This document shows positions 52,466 through 63,447 of a stretch of DNA of 64,000 nucleotides, one piece after another. How positions within the stretch are numbered: the first letter of the stretch is position 1; each line of letters starts with the position of its first letter. The notes under the pieces are model-generated. The model was not told the origin of the DNA. It did no database searches and saw only the letters and a list, made by a program, of their open reading frames with translations. Location: contig JANJGN010000210.1 in assembly GCA_026770705.1 (NCBI GenBank), positions 620,001 to 684,000 of the forward strand, read 5' to 3'. The position numbers and the translations under genes are program-made. Source of the DNA: Isurus oxyrinchus. Its lineage: Eukaryota.

Positions 52466-52557
52466 CGGCTGTGACAGTCACCAACGTCCCGGATCCATCC
52501 ACATATTTAATACATCACCACAGTGACACCGCTCTCAGTCTCCCCGGTACAACAACC
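52466..52557 (-). other. NAR-TCR J segment (52466-52518) with 23-RSS (52519-52557)
   Basis: Translates CIKYVDGSGTLVTVTA followed by phase-1 donor G|GTAAGT; CACAGTG-23-ACAACAACC; IgNAR-type DGxG in place of FGxG. Confidence 0.9.
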
Positions 52558-52871
52558 GCCGACATCTCACCCTGCTGGGAAATCATTATCAGACAGTAGA
52601 AACTTCCCAATTATTCAGCGGATTTAAATAATTAAACAATATTCAACGTTCCAAAGTCTCTGTTGGGTCAAACTGTTCTTTGTGAGGCCTGAGCTCTGAG
52701 TATATGGTGCCCAGAACGAGATGTTCTCTTCATGTAAACCGACAAAAATAACAAAGAAAGATAACTGAATGGTGGAAATTAAAATCAAATGTAACCAGAT
52801 TCCATTGATAATAACATTAACCCGACAATTCACTATCCGAGCCCGGAGAATTTATTTTTAAATCATACAGA

Positions 52872-52944
52872 GGTATTTGCTCAGGTCTCTCCTACTGTGA
52901 CTCCCTCACCCATCCATACAGTGTTACAAGTCAGTATAAAATCC
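52872..52944 (-). other. NAR-TCR D segment (core 52900-52916, TGGATGGGTGAGGGAGT) with 12/12 RSSs
   Basis: J-facing CACAGTA-12-GCAAATACC and V-facing TACAGTG-12-ATAAAATCC; lies between V and J and satisfies the 12/23 rule. Confidence 0.85.
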
Positions 52945-53284
52945 CCCGGGTACTTGGGGAGATTTGGGGACATTAGTTAAACAGCGGGGACTGCGGTTCC
53001 CGGTTCCAGCTGTTAGACCAGGATCACATCTGGTGTTCGAGGTTTGTAACTGGGATCAGTCGTTCCCAATCCTCACTCACTGACACCAATCCCGGGAAAA
53101 ACATCACCATCCGCACACACTCGGCATTTATAAAACTCAAGATGTTAACAGCAATAATCCAATCTCATTATAAACTAGACTGTGGGGCAGACGGTCCTGT
53201 GGGGGAACTGAAGCGGAACTGTGGGGGTTTAATTGCAGACTTCACTCCACTTTTCCATTTGTTTCTGTGACAATCTGCAGTGAG

Positions 53285-53322
53285 AGTTTTTGTATCGCGG
53301 GAAGCCGAGGCCCATCACTGTG
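53285..53322 (-). other. RSS of NAR-TCR V (22-bp spacer)
   Basis: CACAGTG-22-ACAAAAACT directly after the V exon. Confidence 0.9.
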
Positions 53323-53596
53323 TATCAATAGTATTGAGCTTTACAGTAATAGGTGGCGGTGTCTTCAACTCTCACATCCCGAATTTCCAGAGAAAATGTC
53401 TTTTCTACTTTATTCACCGACGCAACAAATCTCCCCGCGCGGGGATCGGCTCCCACAATGTCCCGGGTTTGTCTGAAGAAATGCCCATTTTTAAAATAAT
53501 AATAATTATCATTGAAAACACAGGTGATGGTGAGAGACTGACACTCCTTCCTGGTCACCGCTGCCGGGGTCTGTGCCACTGACTGACTGAAAGAGC
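53323..53596 (-). CDS. NAR-TCR variable segment (IgNAR-like V lacking CDR2)
   Basis: SFSQSVAQTPAAVTRKECQSLTITCVF..GRFVASVNKVEKTFSLEIRDVRVEDTATYYCKA; only 58 aa between canonical Cys; extra FR1 Cys; acceptor ttaatttccag. Confidence 0.9.
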
Positions 53597-53718
53597 CTGG
53601 AAATTAAACAGAGAGAGTTTAATGGAGCATCAAAGCCGAACCACAGAACTGGTTTAAAACCCCGGACAGTGTCTGTATTTGAGATGGATACGGACAGCTT
53701 TGTTTGATCTGCACTCAC

Positions 53719-53761
53719 GGGGTAAACAGACACACAGAGTGAAAAGAAGGAGGATTCCCAT
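53719..53761 (-). CDS. Leader (signal peptide) exon of NAR-TCR V
   Basis: ATG-MGILLLFTLCVCLP then C|GTGAGT phase-1 donor, in frame with the V exon across a 122-bp intron. Confidence 0.88.
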
Positions 53762-54636
53762 CTGCCTGGAGCTGAGGGTTTATATGACGGGGAGCTGGAG
53801 ACTGCAGCCTTGGAGTGCACTGGGAGACCGGATCTCAGATCTGGACTGAAATACTTTAGGGGGATCGAGTTAATTTGCACAGGGCAGTTTCGCTGAGATT
53901 ATTGATGGGCCGCATGGTTCCCGGATAGCTGGCTAAGTGTTGTGGAAATAAGAGACAGTTTTATAAAAGGAAACTGCAACTTTCTGACCTTTCGTTTGGA
54001 TAGTGATCCGGATGTGAAAGCCCCTCCCACAATACTCTGGTGTACAGGGGTGGAGAAGGGGAGCTTTTCTTTCTGCCAGTTCTGCTGCCGCCTTCCTTTC
54101 CCCACAGTAATGAACTGGGAGGTGGGTGCATGTCTTTGTATTGGGTGGTGTTTGTTAAAGGTGGAATGTGGGCCCAGGACACCGAGAGAAACCCCACGAC
54201 CCACTCTTACTCCAACATTCCGGAGATTCTCCCTGTCATTTAGCCAAATGCATCCTGCACCAGCCCTGCGATGGGTTACATGTAAAATGGCGTTTAATTT
54301 CAGCCATGTTTGACTTCCAGATTGGGAAAATTCAGAATTTCTGTTAGCAGTAACTGAGATGGAAACGGCACTCGGGAGGACAACAGACCTTGGGGGGGCT
54401 GTGCTCTTGGGGCTCTCTTTAAAGATGACATCACAACATTCTGTTCTGAAAACTGTTTATGGTGTATGATTATCTCTCAACCAGCAACAGCAATACTCAA
54501 TCAAATAAACCCCGTGACAAGGCCGAGGTCAGAGGCTTCACGAAGCTGACACCGGAGTTCGGGAAAAAGCTGCTCAACGTTGCGGGCAGGTACGGAAATG
54601 CCATTAAAAGGCGAAACGGAAATTAAGAACTGCAGC

Positions 54637-54960
54637 ACGTCACACAAACATGGCCGACAGTACGTCACAAACAGGATCAACAGTAAGTCACACAAACATG
54701 GCCGACAGTACTTCACAGAAACCTGAACGACAGTTTCGTCACGCAAACATGGCCGACAATACGTCACACAAACATGGCCGACCGTACGTCACAAAAACAT
54801 GATCGACAGTTTCGTCACGCAAAGATGATCTACCGTATGTCACACAAACCTGGCAGACAGCTTTGTCACACCAACATGGCCGACAGTACCTAACACAAAT
54901 ATGGCCGACAGTACGTCACACCAACATGGCCGATAGTACGTCACACAAACATGGCCGATG
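54637..54960. repeat. 25-bp minisatellite GTCACACAAACATGGCCGACAGTAC, about 13 copies
   Basis: Seen directly, 0.9-1.2 kb upstream of the NAR-TCR leader. Confidence 0.9.
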
Positions 54961-55059
54961 ACTTGAGATGCAATGTGTAAAGTTACATTTTTTTCTGCAC
55001 GTCCGGCCAACTCCTGTCAGCTTTCTTAACGTGATAAAAATGCTGCTTTGAGAATAATA

Positions 55060-55980
55060 GTTAGTGTAAATCACTGTTAAGGATAACATATAAATGTGTC
55101 GTGCAAATAAACTTAGTTAATATAAACAGGGATTTGGTCAAGAATAGTAGTAACAAAGGCACGGCCTGGTGAAACATAAATAGAGGCAGGTTCTATTTCA
55201 GTATTAACTGAAGCAAGGCCTGGAGTAAGGCAACTAGAAATTGGGTCTTGTGTAATGTAAACAGGAGTTGGGTTTCGAGCGGGAATAACAAAGATAAGGC
55301 CTACCGAAATATAAGCAGGATCAAGGGTAATGAGATAATAGTTCAGACAGGTCTCCAGCTAACATGAACAAAGACATGGTCTAATGTAATCTACAGAGGG
55401 GCAAAGGCTATTTAAGTATAATGTGAGTACTGTCGTAGTGCAATATCAGCAGGGACGTGGCCTAGTGCAATGTAAATTCAATCATGTCCTAGTGCAGTAG
55501 AGCACAGACAATGGCCAGTGTAATATAAACCGAGACAGAATCTAATTCAATAGTAAATCAGGCAGGGCCTAGCGTCATACAAGCAGAGACATGTCAAATG
55601 CCGCAATAAACGAGATTGTATCTCATGTACCTTAAACAGAGACACAGGTTATTGCAATATAAAGATGTCACATTGTCTGGTGTAACACTGAGACAGGATG
55701 TTGCTGAACACTAACGGAGATTATCTATTGCAATAATAACTGAGATGCGACCTAGGGAAACATAGAAGGATATGCAACAACCTCTTGCAAATAACTGGAA
55801 AAAGGGACGAATGCAACATAAAGTGAGGTGTGGTCTAGTGTAATTCGACTCAGGCAGTGTCTGGTGTAATATAAACGCAAGCATTAAGATGTTGTAGTCA
55901 GTAATAACAAAAATTGCGCCTGGTGGAACATAAATGAAGGCAATCTAATGCAGTAATAGATAAGACATGATTTAGTGTGA
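55060..55980. repeat. Highly degenerate 27-bp-period tandem repeat (consensus about GTGTAATATAAACAGAGACATGGTCTA)
   Basis: Consecutive 27-mers align, e.g. gtgaaacataaatagaggcaggttcta, tttcagtattaactgaagcaaggcctg, gagtaaggcaactagaaattgggtctt, gtgtaatgtaaacaggagttgggtttc. Confidence 0.7.
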
Positions 55981-55989
55981 CTGTCCAGT

Positions 55990-56915
55990 GCACTAATAAA
56001 TGAGCATTGCTTAATTCTCGAATACTGGTTTAGAACCAGGCACTGAACTCATTCCACTTATCTTCTCACCTACTTTGTGTCATCTGCAAATTTGACGATT
56101 GTATATTCACTTCCCTCATCTAAGTCATTAATATATGTTGTAAATAATTGAGGCTCCAACACTGATCACTGTGGCGCCCCACTAGTTACAGATTGCCATG
56201 CTGAAAATGCCCCCCTTAACCCATCTCTCTGTCTTCTATTAGTTAGCCAATCCTTTATCCATGCTGATATACTACCCACAACACCGGGGGTCTTATCTTA
56301 TTAAGTAGCCATGTGTGAAGTACCTTGCCAAACGCATTTTGGAAATCAAAATACATTACATCTACTGGCTATCCCCTTTCAATCTTACTTGTTACCTCAC
56401 CAAAAAATTATAATTAATTTGTAAGACATGATTTCTCCTTCTTGAAGCCATGCTGACTCTGCTTCATTAGACTATGTATTTCTAAAGGCTCTGCTATTGT
56501 ATCATTTATAATAGACTCCAATATTTTCCCAAGGACAAATGCTAAGCTAACTGGCCTGTTTTTCTGCAAACCCCAATTCCTCTGTCAGGGCAGAAATGCA
56601 AACACCGTCCCACTCCACTGCTGATCCAACCAATGTCAAACGAGAAACAGCACCAATCACCTTTCCAAAGCACTGGAAAGACAAAAAAGGCCAGAGGAAT
56701 AGAAACATACAAAACTATGTGGGGAGGTGGCCTTGCGCACCGTTGCCTCATGTAAATCTGTCTTCTACCTCTTAGCTTAAATCTCTGTCCCCTGGTTATT
56801 GACTCCTCTACTAATGGAAAAATTGCCTTCCAATCCACCCTAGCTGTGCCACTCATAATCATATACACATCTATCAGGTCCCCTTTCAACCTTCGTTGCT
56901 CCAAGGAAAACAACC
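55990..56915 (-). mobile_element. CR1 RT fragments
   Basis: QHGFKKEKSCLT, DVMYFDFQNAFGKV, LFSLEQRRLKGDLI. Confidence 0.75.
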
Positions 56916-57379
56916 TGTGATGACACTTTTGGCCCTCTATCACTACCCGCCTGTTTGGGGGCCTATAGTAAACACCAAAACTCGTGTTTGCTCTTTTAGC
57001 GTTTCTTGCTTCTACCTACATGGCTTCGTTTGATGACCCTTCTAAAATATCATCACTCCCCAAGATTCCTTGATCAATATTGCAACCCCCCAATCCAACT
57101 CTTCTAGCCCTCTCTCCACTTCGTCCGAATACCCTATAACCAGGAAGCTGCCAATCCTAGCCATCCTTTAGCCAAGCCTTGGTCATAGCTATAATATCAT
57201 GCCCTTCGTGCCTATCTGTGTCCTCAGCTCGTCAGTCTTATTCCTCACGCCCCTTACAATAATTATATTCAATTTGTGTTCCATTTGTAAATGTTTAAAA
57301 TGGAACATTTAAAATAGAACATTTTAACAAGAACACCCAGAAACTGATTCCTGCTCAACGATGAGTATAAGGGGCATCA

Positions 57380-59940
57380 AATGTTAGTGGGGGTTGTATA
57401 TAGACCCGAAACTGTGGTGGTGATGTTGGGACTGGAATTAAACAGGAAATTAGAGACGTATCCAATAAAGAAACATCTGTAATTATGGGTGACTTTAATC
57501 TGCATATAGATTGGGCAAATCAAATACCGTAGAAGAAGAATTCTTGGAGTGTATACAGGATGGATTTCTGGACCAATGCATTGAGAAACGAACTAGAGAA
57601 CAGACTATTCTTGACTGGGTATTGTGTAATGAGAAAGGAATAATTGGCAATCTAGATGTGCCAGGCCCCTTGGCGATGAGCGGCCATAATATGATAGAAT
57701 TCTTCATCAATATGGAGAGTGGCGTAGTTGATTCTGAGACTGGGGCCCTGAACCTTAATACAGGAAACTACGATGGTGTGAGGCGTGCGTTGGCTATGAT
57801 GGATTGGGAAACGTTACTTAAAGGGATGACGGTGGTTAAGCAATGGCAAACATTCAAAGAGCACATGGGTGAACTGAAACAATTGTTATTCCTGCCTTGT
57901 GCAAAAGTGAAACAACAAACGTGGCCAAACCATGGCTTATGAGAGAAATTAGAGATAGTATTAGATGCAAGGAAGAGGCATACAAATTGGTCACGAAAAA
58001 AATAAAGCAGACCTGTGCATTGGAAGCAGATTAGAATCCAACAAAGGAGGACCAAGGTATTTATTAAGAAGGAGAAAATAGAGTACCAGAATAAGCTTGC
58101 AGGGAACGTAAAACCTGACTGTAAAAGTTTCTATACGTATGTGAAGAGAAAAAGGTTGGTGAAGACAAATGTAGGTCCCTTACAGTCAGAAACAGGAGAA
58201 TTTAAAATGGGGAGCAAAGAAATGGCTGACCAAGTAAGTACATACTTTGGTTCAGTCTTCACAAAGAGGACACAAATAACATACTAGAAATGTCGGGAAA
58301 CACAGGGTTTAGAGAGAGGGAGGAACTGAAAGAAATCTGTATTAGTAGGGAAATGGTATTGGGGAAATTGATGGGATTGAAGGCCGATAAATCCCCAGGG
58401 CCTGATAATCTACATCCCAGAGCACTTAAGGAAATGACCCCAGAAATAGTGTATGCATTGGTGGTCATCATCCTAGATCCTATACACTCTGGTACAGTTC
58501 CTGCAGATTGGAGAGTAGCTAATGTAACCCCACTATTTAAAAAGAGAGGTACAGAGAAAACAGGGAATAAAAGGCCAGTCAGCCTGATGTCGCTAGTGGG
58601 GAAAATTCTAGAGCCCATTATAAAAGATTTAATAGCTGAGCACTTGGAAAACATTGGCAGAATCGGACAGTCAGCACGCATTTACGTCAAATCTATTGGA
58701 ATTCTTCGAGGATGTCACTAGTGGAGTAGATGCGTTTTAGTTGGACTTTCAGAAGACTATCGACAAAGTCCCACAGAAGAGATTAGCATGTAAAGTTAAA
58801 GCGTATGAGATTGGGGATAGTGTGTTGAGATGGATAGAAAACTGGTTGGCAGACATGAAACAAAGAGGAGGAATACACGGGACATTTTCCGAATGGCAGG
58901 CAGTGACAAGTCGGGTACCTTAGGGATCGGTGCTGCGTCCCCAGCTATTAACAATAGATATTAATGATTTAAATTAGGGAACTAAATGTAATACCTCTAA
59001 ATTTGCAGATGGCACAAAGCTGGGTGAGAGGGTGAGTTGTGAGGAGGATGCAGAGAATCTTCAGTGTGATTTGGACAGGCTGAGTGAGTGGGAAAATGCA
59101 TGGCAGGTGAAGCATAATGTGGATAAATTAGGTTATCCATTTGGATGCAAAAACAGGAAGGCAGATTATTATCTGAATGGCTATAAATTGAGAGAGGAGA
59201 ATGTACAACGAGACCTGGGTGTCGTTGTACACCAATCGCAGAAGGTAAGCATGCAGATGCAGCAGGCACAAAAGAAGGCAAATGGTACGTTGACCTTCAT
59301 AGCAGAGGATTCCAGTACAGGAGCAGGATATCTTGCTGCAATTGTACAGGGCCTTGGTGAGACCACAACTAGAATATTATGGCCAGGTTTAGGCTCCTTA
59401 TCTGAGGAAGGATGTTCTTGCTATAGAGGGGGTGCAGCGAACATTTATCAGACTGATTCCTGGGCTGGCGGGACAGACATATGAGGAGTGATTGAATCGG
59501 TTACGATTATATTCGCTGGGGTTCAGAAGAATGAGAGCAGAATCTCATAGAAGACTATAAAATTCTAATAGGGCCATTCAGTGTAGATGCAGGAAGGATG
59601 GTCCCGATGGCGGGGGAGTCCAGAACCAGAGGTCACAGTCTGTGGATACGGGGTAGACCATTTAGAATAGATGAGAAGAAATGTCTTCACCCAGAGAGTG
59701 GTGAGCGTGTGGAATTCGCTACCACCGAAAGTATTTGATGCAAAAATATCGCATGATTTCAAGAAGTAGTTAGTTATAGCTCTTGGAGCGAAAGGGGATC
59801 AAAGGGTATGGGCAGAAAGCGGGAGCAGGCTATTGAGTTGGATGATCAGTCACAATCATGATGAATGGCTGAGCAGGCTCGAAGGGCCTATGGCCTACGC
59901 CTGCTCCTACTTTCTATGTTTCTATGTTTTTATGTTTTCT
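57380..59940 (+). mobile_element. CR1 LINE ORF2, decayed, with TTTCTATG tail
   Basis: IMGDFN, KSPGPDNLHPR, WRVANVTPLFKK, DFQKTIDKVP, QRDLGVVV. Confidence 0.92.
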
Positions 59941-60730
59941 AAACACGAAATATTTATTTTTTGCGAGCAAACACATTTGGGAATATGTCCAATAGATTTT
60001 TGTGTGTATGTATGTGTGTGTGTGTCTGTGAGAGAGAGAGAGAGAGAGCGAGAGAGAGGGGGGGGGGGGGGGGGTGCGGGGAAGGGGTGGGGAGAGAGAG
60101 ATAGACAGTGACCAGCAAGAATACACAGAACCCGCACACATTCTCGAGTCCAGGTATCAGGGGCACAACAGAAGAGTTCAGGGAGACTGCTTGCAGGACC
60201 GCAGGCAGTGCTGATTGTCACAAACTGTGGCAATGATCATAGGCAGCTCATTGAAACTGGGCTTTTGGATAGATGCAGGAAGTGATGTGGGCCGATATGC
60301 TGGCTAAGACCACTCAAAATTCTCCCCCCTCCTCTCCACCGCCCCCTCCCCCCACCTTGATCCCGAAAGCTTCGACTGACAGGAGGCTCCAAATAAAGCG
60401 CAGGGTCCCAGAGCGGAAATAATGTGGCCAATATATCATCTGGAGTGTTGGCTTTTGGCTGTCACCCAACATTGTTATTTGATTGTTTCATTCATTTTTA
60501 ATTTTCTCTCTGTTTGCCCATTCCAACATTGATTCGACTCTCTTCTATTCATCGATCTATAATTCTAATTGCTTCTCTGACAAGTTTTTTATCCCAATCA
60601 GTGTCAGCATGTACATTTATATCTGAAGCTATGTCAATCATCATGTAAAATCTAACAATTTGTTTTTCCTGCTCCTTTGTCTCCGGAACGAAGAGTCCTT
60701 AAATGGCAAAAACGTGTTCTATCTATTTTA

Positions 60731-61238
60731 NNNNNNNNNNNNNNNNNNNNNNNNNNNNNNNNNNNNNNNNNNNNNNNNNNNNNNNNNNNNNNNNNNNNNN
60801 NNNNNNNNNNNNNNNNNNNNNNNNNNNNNNNNNNNNNNNNNNNNNNNNNNNNNNNNNNNNNNNNNNNNNNNNNNNNNNNNNNNNNNNNNNNNNNNNNNNN
60901 NNNNNNNNNNNNNNNNNNNNNNNNNNNNNNNNNNNNNNNNNNNNNNNNNNNNNNNNNNNNNNNNNNNNNNNNNNNNNNNNNNNNNNNNNNNNNNNNNNNN
61001 NNNNNNNNNNNNNNNNNNNNNNNNNNNNNNNNNNNNNNNNNNNNNNNNNNNNNNNNNNNNNNNNNNNNNNNNNNNNNNNNNNNNNNNNNNNNNNNNNNNN
61101 NNNNNNNNNNNNNNNNNNNNNNNNNNNNNNNNNNNNNNNNNNNNNNNNNNNNNNNNNNNNNNNNNNNNNNNNNNNNNNNNNNNNNNNNNNNNNNNNNNNN
61201 NNNNNNNNNNNNNNNNNNNNNNNNNNNNNNNNNNNNNN
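60731..61238. other. Assembly gap (N run)
   Basis: Ns; ORFs spanning it are artefacts. Confidence 1.
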
Positions 61239-61366
61239 GCTCTGTTTCACTGTATCTGGAATCCCCACTTTGTTCAAGTTTTTATAGAGCTCTCTCCGCG
61301 CTTTGTATCTCTGTGTGTCTGTAATCCCACCATGTTCAGGTTTTTGAACAGCCCTCTCCGTGATCT
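61239..61366 (-). repeat. Second, degenerate tandem RSS array running into the gap
   Basis: Same 62-bp unit: nonamer-like at 61277 and 61339, heptamer-like at 61248 and 61309. Confidence 0.85.
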
Positions 61367-61454
61367 AACCCTGAACATTCACAGCTTCAAGTAACGGTGT
61401 CACCGGCAGCAGATGTTTGTAGAGGCGGGCACTAAGACACCAGGGAACTGGAAT
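61367..61454 (-). pseudogene. 5' remnant of a second supporting TCR-delta V
   Basis: DSSSLVS*CPPLQTSAAGDTVT*SCECSG aligns to 49484-49571; the rest of the V and its heptamer are deleted. Confidence 0.85.
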
Positions 61455-62848
61455 CTGGAGAATTAAAAAAGAACATTATTTGTTTGTTTAGCCATTGTTT
61501 ACCTGGGAGAATTTGTCAATGACATGAAAGGTTCGTTTTTCTAAACTTGAAGCAAGCCTGTTCCAACCGTATTCGCCGTCATTGAAATGTGATTAAGTGC
61601 AGAGATGATAATTTTTCCAATCTGCACTGCGTGGTCAGAATGGGTGGTGCGAACGCACTCAGTGGGAACTTTCAAATGGCTGATGTATCTGTACTGCAAC
61701 AAGAAAAATGTACAGCCTCATGAGGAAATACATGCGTTTTGGTAAAAATTAGATTGCACTTTGAAAGTGATAGCATCTCCACGATGGGCCGAATGTCATT
61801 CTACCTTTTCGCATTGTTCTCTGTTGTATATTGCATTTCTGCTTCTATTTTCCTTGGTGAGTGACACCCGGATGGAACAGTTTCCAAAAAATGATTGTAC
61901 GGAATAATCAGCATCAGCATCACTGTGCACAGCATGATCGAAATGAAAGTGTTTGTGATTAATCAGCATTGATTGAAACTTCTCTCTTCCCCGTTCTAAT
62001 GGCCGACCCCTTATGCTGAAACTTTGGCTCCCAGTTATAGACTTTCCAACCTGAGGAAACTCCCACCTAGAACCTTCCCTCTCAAGCTCCTTAAGGATAT
62101 CATGTGTTCTCATGAGATCGCCCTCATTGCTGTAATTTCCAGGAAACACAGGCCCAGTCTACTCAATCCCTTCCCATAGGACATTCCCTTTACTTCAGGA
62201 ATCAGTCTGATGAACATTTGTTCCAAAGGATGTACAACCTTCCCTAAGTAAGATACCAGACTTTACACAGCATTCCAAACTGAAGTCCTTCTCTCCATAA
62301 ACATCGCCCACCACCCTTTGCTCGGATTATACTTTGAACAGCCCAGAGATCATCAAATCCTTCTCTCCCATTCGATGAATTATTTCTTGCTGGTTCTAAA
62401 TGAACATTCTCTCAGTTTATATTTTTTTCCTTATGTCCCTGTTCTCCTTTATAAGATTAATGCATCATCCTCACTCTCTCACTGCACTTTGCGCTTTTAA
62501 TTCACAGTAATCAGGGATACAGATAAATTACAGCAATCCCATCTCTCAAACATCGACATTCAATATAGAGAAGTGTCTGCAGTTCCAAACTTTCACATTT
62601 CGATCTGAGGATGGAAAAGGAGGAAATGATTGGGTATATGAAGACAATTGAAAGAAATGGCGGGTAAATGACCCGACTGTCCGATCATACCCTGTTCCTA
62701 AATTGAAGCCTGCAACGGAAAAGGTCCCTTAGAAATCGTTTTTTTTTTTTAGCTTCGATGTGATTGAAACGATGTTGATCACAATAATAAGCTGACTGTG
62801 AGCAATATCCAGCACAGTCTGCAACATGCGGGCTTCAGAGTCACTTAT

Positions 62849-62926
62849 CGCCTGTGACAGTCACCACCATCCTGGATCCATCTACATAATTAGCACACCA
62901 CTCTCGATCTCCCAGGTACAAGAACC
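62849..62926 (-). pseudogene. Second NAR-TCR J, donor mutated (GT to AT) and heptamer deleted
   Basis: YVDGSRMVVTVTG aligns to 52466-52557; spacer and nonamer ACAAGAACC retained. Confidence 0.85.
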
Positions 62927-63233
62927 ATCGACAACTCAACCTGCCAGGAAATCATCATCGGGCAGTAGACACCTCACAATTATACAGCAGGTTTAAATGA
63001 ATAATCAATATTCAATGTTTCAAAGTCTCTATCTGTTCAAACTGTTCTTTCTGAGACCCTGAGCTCTGAGTAAATGGTCCCAGGAATGAGATATTCGCTT
63101 CATATAAACCGGGAAAAATATCAAAGAAAGATTACTGAATGGTGAAAATTAAAATGAAATGTAACCAGATTGCAACGATATTAACATCAACCCGACAATT
63201 CACTATCCGGGCCCGGAGAATTAATATTTACAA

Positions 63234-63292
63234 AGTATTTGCCCTACTCTCTCCCACTGTGACTGCCCGTGTAACAAGTTAGTATAAAATAC
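63234..63292 (-). pseudogene. Second NAR-TCR D with a deletion across the V-facing heptamer
   Basis: Aligns to 52872-52944 with 14 bp missing. Confidence 0.8.
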
Positions 63293-63447
63293 CCACGGGT
63301 ACTAGGTGAGATGTGGGGACATTAAACAGCGGGGACTGCAGTTCCCGGTTCCAGCTGTTAGAACAGGATCACATCTGGTGTTAGGGGTTTGTAACTGGGA
63401 TCAGTTATTCCTAATCCCCATTCAGAAATGAGAAAATAAATTACTGA

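Noticed and set aside
53775-53880. TATAAA and octamer-like GTGCAAAT upstream of the leader
   Set aside because: The TATA is only about 18 bp from the ATG and the octamer has a mismatch; too weak to call
60660-61394. Long ORFs across the gap
   Set aside because: Made of N-derived X residues
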